From the IMG/VR virus record IMGVR_UViG_2740892229_000010: DNA of 23,413 nucleotides. The stretch is one strand, 5' to 3'. Source of the stretch: a virus. Its lineage: Duplodnaviria; Heunggongvirae; Uroviricota; Caudoviricetes. This document shows positions 7,387 to 16,384 of this stretch, piece after piece. The notes under the pieces are model-generated. The model had not been told where the DNA came from. It was given only the letters and a program-made list of their open reading frames with translations, and ran no database searches. How positions within the stretch are numbered: the first letter of the stretch is position 1; each line of letters opens with the position of its first letter. Made by a program: the position numbers and the translations under genes.

Positions 7387-9368
7387 AACGAACGCCTGTC
7401 CTGATTGATGTGAACGGCGTTCCGCTTCGTGAGAGTCTCAGCTACAACGGGGGCGGTGCAGGATTTGGCGGGCAAATGGCGGAGTGGTTGCCACCGGCGC
7501 AGAGTGCCGATGCAGCCCTGCTGCCTGCGTTGCGTCTGGGGAATGCCCGGGCAGATGATCTGGTGCGCAATAACGGGATAGCGGCCAATGCGGTGGCCCT
7601 GCATAAGGATCATATTGTCGGGCATATGTTTCTGATCAGCTACCGTCCGAACTGGCGCTGGCTGGGGATGCGGGAGACTGCGGCAAAAAGTTTTGTCGAT
7701 GAGGTGGAGGCGGCCTGGTCGGAATACGCCGAAGGGATGTTTGGCGAGATCGACGTGGAAGAGAAACGCACGTTTACGGAATTTATTCGTGAAGGTGTGG
7801 GCGTTCATGCGTTTAACGGCGAAATCTTTGTGCAGCCGGTCTGGGATACGGAGAGCACGCAACTGTTTCGTACGCGTTTTAAAGCCGTGAGTCCGAAACG
7901 GGTGGACACGCCAGGACACGGTATGGGGAACCGTTTTCTGCGGGCCGGGGTGGAGGTCGATCGATATGGCCGTGCCGTTGCGTACCATATCTGTGAGGAT
8001 GATTTTCCGTTCTCTGGTAGTGGACGATGGGAACGGATCCCGCGTGAACTACCCACCGGGCGTCCGGCCATGCTGCATATTTTCGAGCCGGTGGAGGACG
8101 GGCAGACCCGTNNNNNNNNNNTGTGGAGGTCGATCGATATGGTCGTGCCGTTGCGTACCATATCTGTGAGGATGATTTTCCGTTCTCCGGGAGTGGACGA
8201 TGGGAACGGATCCCGCGTGAACTTCCCACCGGGCGTCCGGCCATGCTGCATATTTTCGAGCCGGTGGAGGACGGGCAGACCCGTGGGGCTAATCAGTTTT
8301 ACAGCGTCATGGAACGGCTGAAGATGCTGGATTCCCTGCAGGCAACACAGCTTCAGTCGGCCATTGTGAAAGCCATGTATGCAGCGACGATTGAAAGTGA
8401 ACTTGATACCGAAAAGGCCTTTGAATATATCGCCGGTGCGCCGCAGGGGCAGAAGGATAATCCGCTTATTAATATTCTGGATAAGTTCTCCACCTGGTAT
8501 GACACGAATAGCGTGACGCTGGGTGGTGTCAAAATTCCGCACCTTTTCCCCGGTGATGATCTGAAACTTCAGACCGCGCAGGATTCAGACAATGGATTTT
8601 CGGCGCTTGAACAGGCGCTGCTGCGGTATATCGCCNNNNNNNNNNGCAGACTGCGCAGGATTCAGACAATGGATTTTCGGCGCTTGAACAGGCGCTGCTG
8701 CGGTATATCGCCGCCGGTCTTGGCGTTTCCTACGAACAGTTGTCCCGTGATTACTCGAAGGTCAGTTATTCAAGTGCCCGCGCATCCGCCAATGAGTCGT
8801 GGCGCTATTTTATGGGGCGGCGAAAATTTATTGCGTCCCGGCTGGCCACGCAGATGTTTTCCTGCTGGCTGGAAGAGGCANNNNNNNNNNGGATTACTCG
8901 AAGGTCAGTTATTCAAGTGCCCGCGCCTCCGCCAATGAGTCGTGGCGCTATTTTATGGGACGACGAAAATTTATTGCGTCCCGGCTGGCCACGCAGATGT
9001 TTTCCTGCTGGCTGGAAGAGGCACTTCTTCGGGGGATTATTCGTCCGCCACGGGCACGTTTTGATTTTTATCAGGCGCGATCAGCCTGGTCACGGGCTGA
9101 GTGGATTGGAGCCGGAAGAATGGCCATTGACGGGCTCAAGGAGGTTCAGGAATCAGTGATGCGCATTGAGGCCGGACTGAGCACGTATGAGAAAGAGCTG
9201 GCGCTGATGGGTGAGGATTATCAGGACATTTTCCGCCAGCAGGTCAGGGAATCTGCAGAGCGGGAAAAAGCCGGACTCTCACGTCCGGTGTGGATAGCGC
9301 AGGCGTATCAGCAGAAGATAGCGGAGAGTCGCAGGCCGGAAGAGGAGACAACACCACGTGAGACGTAA
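7383..9368 (+). CDS. B: Portal protein (gpB-like), composite across three N runs
   Basis: Collinear with lambda gpB from MKRTPVLIDVNGVP… through GANQFYSVMERLKMLDSLQATQLQSAIVKAMYAATIESELDT and SARASANESWRYFMGRRKFIASR to the C-terminus. N runs at 8112-8121, 8636-8645 and 8881-8890 are each followed by an allelic repeat of the preceding segment, so the coordinates overstate the gene length. Confidence 0.9.
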
Positions 9369-9385
9369 TCTTTCANNNNNNNNNN

Positions 9386-9541
9386 CGAGGATTATCAGGA
9401 CATTTTCCGCCAGCAGGTCAGGGAATCTGCTGAGCGACAAAAAGCCGGACTCTCACGTCCGGTGTGGATAGCGCAGGCGTATGAGCAGCAGATAGCGGAG
9501 AGTCGCAGGCCGGAAGAGGAGACAACACCACGTGAGACGTA
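9386..9541 (+). other. Allelic second copy of the portal 3' end, carrying the C start
   Basis: After N 9376-9385 the last 50 codons of the portal recur with substitutions (for example AESAEREKAG versus AESAERQKAG, and QQKIAE versus EQQIAE). Confidence 0.6.
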
Positions 9542-11493
9542 ATCTTTCACACATTATTGCCGCAGCATTCAATGAACCGCTGCTTCTGGAGCCCGCCTAT
9601 GCGCGGGTTTTCTTTTGCGCGCTCGGGCGCGAGATGGGGGCATCAAGTCTTTCGGTACCACAACAGCAGGTACAGTTTGATGCTCCCGGAATGCTGGCTG
9701 AAACGGACGAGTACATGGCCGGAGGTAAACGACCGGCCCGTGTTTACCGGGTGGTGAACGGTATTGCGGTACTGCCGGTGACCGGCACGCTGGTGCACCG
9801 GCTGGGGGGTATGCGGCCATTTTCCGGAATGACAGGCTATGACGGCATTGTCGCCTGTCTTCAGCAGGCAATGGCGGATAGCCAGGTGCGGGGCGTACTG
9901 CTGGACATTGACAGTCCGGGCGGGCAGGCCGCCGGCGCGTTTGACTGCGCTGACANNNNNNNNNNTGATATCACGCTGATTTACTCAGGGGCGCACAAGG
10001 TGGATGGCAATCAGTTTGAAGCGTTGCCGGCAGAGGTTCGCCAGGACATGCAACAGCGCATTGATGCGGCGCGCCGGATGTTTGCTGAAAAAGTAGCGAT
10101 GTATACCGGTCTGTCTGTTGATGCTGTCACGGGAACAGAGGCCGCCGTTTTTGAAGGTCAGTCCGGCATTGAGGCCGGGCTGGCGGATGAATTAATCAAT
10201 GCGTCGGATGCCATCAGTGTGATGGCCACGGCGCTGAACAGTAATGTCAGAGGAGNNNNNNNNNNGATGCGGCCATTTTCCGGAATGACTGGCTATGACG
10301 GCATTGTCGCCTGTCTTCAGCAGGCAATGGCAGATAGCCAGGTGCGGGGCATACTGCTGGACATTGACAGTCCGGGCGGGCAGGCCGCCGGCGCGTTTGA
10401 CTGCGCTGACATGATTTACCGCCTCCGTCAGCAGAAGCCGGTCTGGGCACTGTGCAATGACACGGCCTGTTCTGCAGCCATGCTGCTGGCGTCGGCCTGC
10501 TCCCGACGGCTGGTTACCCAGACATCCCGTATCGGCTCCATTGGCGTGATGATGAGCCATGTCAGCTATGCCGGTCATCTGGCGCAGGCCGGTGTGGATA
10601 TCACGCTGATTTACTCAGGGGCGCACAAGGTGGATGGCAATCAGTTTGAAGCCTTACCGGCAGAGGTTCGCCAGGACATGCAGCAGCGCATTGATGCGGC
10701 GCGCCGGATGTTTGCCGAAAAAGTGGCCATGTTTACCGGTCTGTCTGTTGATGCCGTCACGGGAACAGAGGCCGCCGTTTTTGAAGGTCAGTCCGGCATT
10801 GATGCCGGGCTGGCGGATGAATTAGTCAATGCGTCGGATGCCATCAGTGTGATGGCCACGGCGCTGAACAGTAATGTCAGAGGAGGCACTATGCCGCAAT
10901 TAACTGCAACGGAAGCCGCCGCGCAGGAGAACCAGCGAGTGATGGGGATCCTGACATGCCAGGAAGCGAAAGGACGTGAACAGCTTGCCACGATGCTGGC
11001 AGGACAACAGGGCATGAGCGTTGAACAGGCCCGGGCGATTCTGGCCGCGGCGGCACCGCAGCAGCCGGTGGCATCCACGCAGAGTGAAGCCGATCGCATT
11101 ATGGCGTGTGAAGAAGCGAACGGTCGTGAACAACTGGCGGCAACGCTGGCGGCGATGCCGGAGATGACGGTGGAAAAAGCCCGCCCGATCCTGGCTGCTT
11201 CACCGCAGGCGGATGCCGGACCCTCACTCCGTGATCAGATCATGGCACTGGATGAGGCAAAAGGGGCTGAGGCGCAGGCTGAACAGCTGGCTGCCTGCCC
11301 GGGAATGACTGTGGAGAGCGCCCGGGCTGTGCTGGCTGCGGGATCAGGTAAGGCAGAACCGGTCTCTGCATCCACAACCGCCCTGTTTGAACGCATCATG
11401 GCGAACCATTCACCGGCAGCGGTACAGGGTGGCGTGCCACAGACGTCAGCAGACGGTGATGCGGACGTGAAAATGCTCATGGCTATGCCATGA
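9532..11493 (+). CDS. C: Head maturation protease / scaffold (gpC-like, S49 peptidase), composite across two N runs
   Basis: FNEPLLLEPAYARVFFCAL, GIAVLPVTGTLVHR, SGMTGYDGIVACLQQA, LLDIDSPGGQAAGAFDCAD and KPVWALCNDTACSAAMLLASACSRRLVTQTSRIGSIGVMMSH match lambda gpC. Segment 9966-10255 is allelic to about 10600-10875, and 10266-10400 is allelic to 9820-9955. Confidence 0.9.
   Translation: MRRNLSHIIAAAFNEPLLLEPAYARVFFCALGREMGASSLSVPQQQVQFDAPGMLAETDEYMAGGKRPARVYRVVNGIAVLPVTGTLVHRLGGMRPFSGMTGYDGIVACLQQAMADSQVRGVLLDIDSPGGQAAGAFDCADXXXXDITLIYSGAHKVDGNQFEALPAEVRQDMQQRIDAARRMFAEKVAMYTGLSVDAVTGTEAAVFEGQSGIEAGLADELINASDAISVMATALNSNVRGXXXXMRPFSGMTGYDGIVACLQQAMADSQVRGILLDIDSPGGQAAGAFDCADMIYRLRQQKPVWALCNDTACSAAMLLASACSRRLVTQTSRIGSIGVMMSHVSYAGHLAQAGVDITLIYSGAHKVDGNQFEALPAEVRQDMQQRIDAARRMFAEKVAMFTGLSVDAVTGTEAAVFEGQSGIDAGLADELVNASDAISVMATALNSNVRGGTMPQLTATEAAAQENQRVMGILTCQEAKGREQLATMLAGQQGMSVEQARAILAAAAPQQPVASTQSEADRIMACEEANGREQLAATLAAMPEMTVEKARPILAASPQADAGPSLRDQIMALDEAKGAEAQAEQLAACPGMTVESARAVLAAGSGKAEPVSASTTALFERIMANHSPAAVQGGVPQTSADGDADVKMLMAMP
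10891..11493 (+). CDS. Nu3: Nu3-like scaffolding protein from an in-frame internal start within C
   Basis: AGGAGG 6 nt upstream of ATG 10891, in the C frame, as for lambda Nu3. The product contains three tandem copies of a roughly 40-aa motif (IMGIL.C.EA.GREQLA..LA….M.VE.AR.ILAA). Confidence 0.5.
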   Translation: MPQLTATEAAAQENQRVMGILTCQEAKGREQLATMLAGQQGMSVEQARAILAAAAPQQPVASTQSEADRIMACEEANGREQLAATLAAMPEMTVEKARPILAASPQADAGPSLRDQIMALDEAKGAEAQAEQLAACPGMTVESARAVLAAGSGKAEPVSASTTALFERIMANHSPAAVQGGVPQTSADGDADVKMLMAMP

Positions 11494-11529
11494 AGTCAGT
11501 GCTGACCATCAACAGGAGGTTTTTACAAT

Positions 11530-11877
11530 ATGGTAACGAAAACCATCACTGAACAGCGTGCGGAAGTACGTATTTTTGCCGGTAATGATCCGGCTCATAC
11601 CGCCACAGGCAGCAGCGGGATTTCCTCGGCAACACCGGCACTGACGCCCCTGATGCTGGATGAAGCTACCGGGAAACTGGTGGTCTGGGACGGACAGAAA
11701 GCCGGTAGTGCGGTTGGCATACTGGTACTGCCGCTTGAAGGCACAGAGACGGTACTGACGTATTACAAGTCGGGGACCTTTGCGACGGAGGCAATCCGCT
11801 GGCCTGACAGTGTGGATGAACACAAAAAGGCAAATGCCTTTGCCGGCAGTGCCCTGAGTCACGCGGCGCTGCCGTAA
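11530..11877 (+). CDS. D: Head decoration protein (gpD-like)
   Basis: GNDPAHTATGSSG…TPLMLDEATGKLVVWDG…AVGILVLP…YYKSGTF…KKANAFAGSA matches lambda gpD; AGGAGG upstream. Confidence 0.9.
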   Translation: MVTKTITEQRAEVRIFAGNDPAHTATGSSGISSATPALTPLMLDEATGKLVVWDGQKAGSAVGILVLPLEGTETVLTYYKSGTFATEAIRWPDSVDEHKKANAFAGSALSHAALP

Positions 11878-11934
11878 CACGTTATCAGGCCACCGCGGTG
11901 GCCTGACTGATTTCTGAATGAAAGGAACTGATTT

Positions 11935-12936
11935 ATGGGATTGTTTACGACCCGCCAGTTACTCGGTTATACCGAACAAAAAGTGAAATTTCGTGCGCTG
12001 TTTCTGGAGCTGTTTTTCCGCCGTACGGTGAATTTCCATACCGAAGAGGTGATGCTGGACAAAATTACCGGAAAAACGCCGGTGGCGGCCTATGTCTCCC
12101 CGGTTGTTGAAGGAAAAGTGCTGCGTCATCGCGGTGGTGAAACCCGCGTGTTACGTCCGGGCTACGTCAAGCCGAAACACGAATTTAATTACCAGCAGGC
12201 GGTTGAGCGTCTTCCCGGTGAAGATCCGGCTCAACTGAACGACCCGGCCTACCGTCGTCTGCGTATCATCACCGATAACCTCAAACAGGAAGAGCATGCC
12301 ATTGTCCAGGTGGAAGAAATGCAGGCGGTGAATGCCGTGCTGTATGGCAAATACACCATGGAAGGGGATCAGTTTGATACTGTCGAGGTGGATTTTGGAC
12401 GCTCTGAAGGAAATAACATTGAGCAGGCCGACGGTAAAAAATGGTCTGAGCAGGACCGTGATACGTTTGATCCGACGCATGATATTGACCTCTACTGCGA
12501 TCAGGCCAGCGGTCTTGTGAATATTGCCATTATGGACGGTACTGTCTGGCGTCTGCTGAATGGTTTTAAGCTGTTCCGCGAAAAACTGGATACCCGTCGC
12601 GGCTCAAATTCACAACTCGAAACGGCAGTGAAAGACCTGGGGGCGGTGGTGTCCTTCAAGGGGTATTACGGCGATCTGGCCATTGTGGTGGCGAAAACGT
12701 CTTATGTGGCAGAGGACGGTACCGAAAAACGTTATCTGCCGGAGGGCACACTGGTCCTGGGGAATACGTCAGCAGAGGGCATTCGTTGCTATGGTGCCAT
12801 TCAGGATGCGCAGGCGTTGTCCGAAGGTGNNNNNNNNNNTGTGGGCGATCCGGCCCGTGAATTCACCATGACGCAGTCCGCACCGCTGATGGTGCTGCCG
12901 GATCCGGATGAGTTTGTGGTGGTACAGGTGAAATAA
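11935..12936 (+). CDS. E: Major capsid protein (gpE-like), allele 1, with an N run near the 3' end
   Basis: PGYVKPKHE, VEEMQAVNAVLYGKYTMEGDQF, KLDTRRGSNSQLETAVKDLG and GDPAREFTMTQSAPLMVLPDPDEFVVVQV match lambda gpE. N 12830-12839 deletes a few codons. Confidence 0.95.
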   Translation: MGLFTTRQLLGYTEQKVKFRALFLELFFRRTVNFHTEEVMLDKITGKTPVAAYVSPVVEGKVLRHRGGETRVLRPGYVKPKHEFNYQQAVERLPGEDPAQLNDPAYRRLRIITDNLKQEEHAIVQVEEMQAVNAVLYGKYTMEGDQFDTVEVDFGRSEGNNIEQADGKKWSEQDRDTFDPTHDIDLYCDQASGLVNIAIMDGTVWRLLNGFKLFREKLDTRRGSNSQLETAVKDLGAVVSFKGYYGDLAIVVAKTSYVAEDGTEKRYLPEGTLVLGNTSAEGIRCYGAIQDAQALSEGXXXXVGDPAREFTMTQSAPLMVLPDPDEFVVVQVK

Positions 12937-12944
12937 TCCGTGAG

Positions 12945-12974
12945 CGGGGGCGAAATGCCCCCGTGTCTTTTTTC
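12945..12974 (+). terminator. Intrinsic terminator immediately after the major capsid gene
   Basis: Perfect 7-bp GC stem cgggggc/gcccccg with loop gaaat, then tgtcttttttc; 8 bp after the E stop and 14 bp before the FI ATG. Confidence 0.55.
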
Positions 12975-12987
12975 ACAGGAGGCTGAG

Positions 12988-13371
12988 ATGGCAACAAAAG
13001 AAGAAAATCTGAATCGTCTTCGTCAACTGGCTGGCCTGCTGGGGCGCGAGGCGGATATGTCGGGGAGTGCTGCGGATATTGCGCAACGTGTGTCTGAGTG
13101 GGAAGAGGAGCTTGCTGCTTCCCGGGAGGGCATTATGCCTGGTGATGAGAGCGGGCCTGAGCAAAATCACACAGACGATGGTGAGCAGTTGCACAACACT
13201 GATGCTACGGATGATGTTAAAGCGGTCCGTGTGCGGAAATGCCTGCATGTGATGGGGTATTGCCCGGAGACAGGCCGTCCCGTTGAACTGACGTACCGGG
13301 GCATGCGTGTTCTGGTGCCATCACCACTGGCGACAGCCATGATACAGCACGGAACGGCTGAGCATGCGTGA
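12988..13371 (+). CDS. FI: DNA packaging protein FI-like, allele 1
   Basis: ATG 12988 with AGGAGG upstream (MATKEENLNRLRQLAGLLGREADMSGSAADIAQRVSEWEEEL…). Position after E and loose similarity to the lambda gpFI N-terminus; the C-terminal half is poorly conserved. Confidence 0.65.
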   Translation: MATKEENLNRLRQLAGLLGREADMSGSAADIAQRVSEWEEELAASREGIMPGDESGPEQNHTDDGEQLHNTDATDDVKAVRVRKCLHVMGYCPETGRPVELTYRGMRVLVPSPLATAMIQHGTAEHA

Positions 13372-13717
13372 TTTTCAGAATGCCTTTGATGCTGCCCTTG
13401 CCGGGGTGGACAGCACGATTGTTGAAGTGATGGGGCTCTGTGCGCAGTTCACCTCGGGGGCACAGTGTGGCAGCGAAGTTCAGGGGGTTTTTGACGATCC
13501 GGAGTCGCTGGGGTTTGCCGGTAGCGGGGTCCGTATTGAAGGAAGCTGCCCGTCATTATTTGTACGGACGGATACGGTTCGTGCTGTGCGGCGTGGTGAC
13601 ACGCTGACCATTAATGGTGAGACATTCTGGGTGGATCGTGTTTCTCCGGATGACGGGGGCAGTTGTTATCTCTGGCTCAACCGTGGGCAACCACCGGCAG
13701 TTAACCGGCGACGATAA
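13364..13717 (+). CDS. FII: Head-tail connector FII, allele 1
   Basis: FDAALAGVDSTI, GVFDDPESL, PSLFVRTDTVRAVRRGDTLTI and FWVDRVSPDDGGSCYLWLNRGQPPAVNRRR match lambda gpFII. Confidence 0.9.
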   Translation: MRDFQNAFDAALAGVDSTIVEVMGLCAQFTSGAQCGSEVQGVFDDPESLGFAGSGVRIEGSCPSLFVRTDTVRAVRRGDTLTINGETFWVDRVSPDDGGSCYLWLNRGQPPAVNRRR

Positions 13718-13731
13718 ACGCAGGGTGAATT

Positions 13732-13914
13732 ATGGCGATAAAAGGGCTTGATCAGGCGATTGAAAATCTGAGCCGGGTTCGTAAAAACGCCATTCCGTCG
13801 GCTTCAGCAATGGCTATTAACCGCGTGGCTACAACGGCGATTAATCAGTCTTCATCACAGGTTGCCCGGGAGACCAGGGTGAGCCGGAAACTGGTAAAGG
13901 AACGGTCCAGACTG
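13732..13914 (+). CDS. Z: Tail protein Z, allele 1, 5' fragment truncated by an N run
   Basis: MAIKGLDQAIENLSRVRKNAIPSASAMAINRVATTAINQSSSQVARETRVSRKLVKERSRL matches the lambda gpZ N-terminus; it ends at N 13915-13924. Confidence 0.7.
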
Positions 13915-13924
13915 NNNNNNNNNN

Positions 13925-14654
13925 GCTGAACGACCCGGCCTACCGTCGTCTGCGTATCATCACTGATAACCTCAAACAGGAAGAGCACGCCATTGTCCAG
14001 GTGGAAGAAATGCAGGCGGTGAATGCCGTGCTGTATGGCAAATACACGATGGAAGGAGACCAGTTCGAGAAAATTGAGGTCGATTTTGGCAGGTCGACGA
14101 AGAATAACATCACTCAGGGTAGTGGTAAGGAGTGGTCAAAACAGGATCGTGACACGTTCGATCCTACACATGATCTTGACCTCTACTGCGACCAGGCCAG
14201 CGGTCTTGTGAATATTGCCATTATGGACGGTACCGTCTGGCGTCTGCTGAATGGCTTTAAATTGTTCCGCGAAAAACTGGATACCCGTCGCGGTTCAAAT
14301 TCTCAACTCGAAACAGCGGTGAAAGACCTGGGCGCGGTGGTGTCCTTCAAAGGGTATTACGGCGATCTGGCCATTGTGGTGGCAAAAACGTCTTATGTGG
14401 CAGAGGACGGTACCGAAAAACGTTATCTGCCTGAGGGCTCGCTGGTCCTGGGGAATACGGCAGCAGAGGGCATTCGTTGCTATGGTGCCATTCAGGATGC
14501 GCAGGCGTTGTCCGAAGGTGTGGTGGCCTCTTCCCGTTATCCGAAACACTGGCTGACGGTGGGGGATCCCGCCCGTGAATTTACCATGACGCAGTCCGCG
14601 CCGCTGATGGTGTTGCCGGACCCGGATGAGTTTGTGGTGGTACAGGTGAAATAA
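13925..14654 (+). CDS. E: Major capsid protein (gpE-like), allele 2, missing its 5' third
   Basis: Begins mid-gene after the N run (…LNDPAYRRLRIITDNLKQEEH…) and runs to the same C-terminus as allele 1. Near-identical to allele 1 except for a substitution cluster around DQFEKIEVDFGRSTKNNITQGSGKEWSKQ. Confidence 0.85.
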
Positions 14655-14662
14655 TCCGTGAG

Positions 14663-14692
14663 CGGGGGCGAAATGCCCCCGTGTCTTTTTTC
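14663..14692 (+). terminator. Intrinsic terminator after the major capsid gene, allele 2 copy
   Basis: Same cgggggc-gaaat-gcccccg hairpin and T-run as at 12945-12974. Confidence 0.55.
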
Positions 14693-14705
14693 ACAGGGGG
14701 ATGAT

Positions 14706-15080
14706 ATGGCAACGAAAGAGCAAAATCTGAAACGGCTTGATGAACTGGCCCTGATTCTGGGGCGTGAGCCGGATATATCCGGGAGTGCCGCAGAGATAGC
14801 GCAGCGGGTGGCAGAATGGGAAGAGGAAATGCAGTCATCCGGCGATGATGTACAGGTTATGAATATGGATATCCGGGAGAGGGAAAACGCGGCTCATGAT
14901 GTTCGTGAGGAAACATCCGGCGCGTTAACGCGCATCAGAGTTCTGACCTGCCTCCATCTCTGTGGCGTTGATGGTGAAACGGGGGAATCCGTTGAGCTTG
15001 CGGATGTTGGTCGGGTGATTCTGATTATGTCCTCAGATGCAAAAACACACGTTGATGGTGGAATGGCTGTTTATGCGTGA
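14706..15080 (+). CDS. FI: DNA packaging protein FI-like, allele 2 (diverged C-terminal half)
   Basis: MATKEQNLKRLDELALILGREPDISGSAAEIAQRVAEWEEEM… has an N-terminus similar to allele 1, but the C-terminal roughly 80 aa are largely different. Confidence 0.65.
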   Translation: MATKEQNLKRLDELALILGREPDISGSAAEIAQRVAEWEEEMQSSGDDVQVMNMDIRERENAAHDVREETSGALTRIRVLTCLHLCGVDGETGESVELADVGRVILIMSSDAKTHVDGGMAVYA

Positions 15081-15426
15081 TTTTCAGAATGCCTTTGATG
15101 CCGCCCTTGCCGGGGTGGACAGTACGATTGTTGAAGTGATGGGCATCAGTGCGCAGTTCACCTCCGGTGCACAGCGTGGCGGCGAAGTTCAGGGGGTTTT
15201 TGACGATCCGGAGTCGCTGGGGTTTGCCAGTAGTGGGATCCGTATTGAAGGAAGCAGCCCGTCATTATTTGTGCGGACGGATACGGTTCGTGCCGTGCGG
15301 CGTGGTGACACGTTGACCATTAATGGTGAGACGTTCTGGGTGGATCGTGTTTCTCCGGATGACGGGGGCAGTTGTTATCTCTGGCTGAACCGTGGGCAAC
15401 CACCCGCAGTTAACCGGCGACGATAA
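15073..15426 (+). CDS. FII: Head-tail connector FII, allele 2
   Basis: Near-identical to the 13364-13717 copy with a few substitutions (for example GISAQFTSGAQRGGEVQ versus GLCAQFTSGAQCGSEVQ). Confidence 0.9.
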   Translation: MRDFQNAFDAALAGVDSTIVEVMGISAQFTSGAQRGGEVQGVFDDPESLGFASSGIRIEGSSPSLFVRTDTVRAVRRGDTLTINGETFWVDRVSPDDGGSCYLWLNRGQPPAVNRRR

Positions 15427-15440
15427 ACGCAGGGTGAATT

Positions 15441-15985
15441 ATGGCGATAAAAGGGCTTGATCAGGNNNNNNNNNNGCGGCTTCAGCAATGGCCATTAACC
15501 GCGTGGCCACAACGGCGATTAATCAGTCTTCGTCACAGGTTGCCCGGGAGACCAGGGTGAGCCGGAAACTGGTAAAGGAACGGTCCAGACTGAAACGGGC
15601 GACGGTCAGAAATCCGAATGCCAGAATTATCGTTAACCGCGGTGATCTCCCTGCTATTAAGCTGGGGATCAGGATGCTTGGTCATCGTCCGAACAGCATA
15701 CTTAAAGCCGGTCAGCATCGTTATCAGCGGGCATTCATCCAGCGATTAAATAATGGGCGCTGGCATGTTATGCAACGTTTGCCAGAAGCCCGGTATGCGA
15801 AGGGCAATGACGATAAAGGAAGGAAAAAGCGTAATCGTCTTCCCATTCAGGTGGTTAAAATTCCGATGGCGGCCCCACTGAAGCAGGCTTTTGATGAGAA
15901 CGTTAACCGTATCCGGCGAGAACGTCTGCCAAAAGAACTGGGCTATGCGTTGAAACAACAACTAAGGATTGTGATAAAGCGATGA
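15441..15985 (+). CDS. Z: Tail protein Z, allele 2, full length apart from an N run
   Basis: ATG 15441, N 15466-15475, then …AINRVATTAINQSSSQVARETRVSRKLVKERSRLKRATVRNPNARIIVNRGDLPAIKLG…RLNNGRWHVMQRL…VVKIPMAAPL…[22 protein letters not shown], matching lambda gpZ. Confidence 0.85.
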
Positions 15986-16377
15986 AACATACTGATATCC
16001 GTGCTGCAGTGCTGGATGCACTCGAGCAGCATGAACACGGGGCGACGCTGTTTGATGGTCGCCCCGCTGTTTTTGATGAGGCGGATTTTCCGGCAATTGC
16101 TGTTTATCTCACCGGCGCTGAATACACGGGCGAAGCGCTGGACAGCGATACCTGGCAGGCGGAGCTGCATATTGAAGTTTTCCTGCCTGCTCAGGTGCCG
16201 GATTCAGAGCTGGATTCGTGGATGGAAAGCCGGATTTATCCGGCGATGAGTGCGATCCCGGCACTGTCAGGCCTGATTACCACGATGGTTACGCAGGGCT
16301 ATGAGTATCGTCGTGATGACGATATGGCGTTATGGAGTTCTGCTGATTTGACTTATTCCATTACATACGAGATGTGA
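15982..16377 (+). CDS. U: Tail terminator protein U
   Basis: [87 protein letters not shown]…[10 protein letters not shown] is a near-complete match to lambda gpU. Confidence 0.9.
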   Translation: MKHTDIRAAVLDALEQHEHGATLFDGRPAVFDEADFPAIAVYLTGAEYTGEALDSDTWQAELHIEVFLPAQVPDSELDSWMESRIYPAMSAIPALSGLITTMVTQGYEYRRDDDMALWSSADLTYSITYEM

Positions 16378-16384
16378 GGACGAT

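Noticed and set aside
7212-8542. Antisense ORFs of 258 and 245 codons inside the portal gene
   Set aside because: They overlap a strongly supported portal gene on the + strand. One spans an N run, so it is partly an artefact of the allelic duplication.
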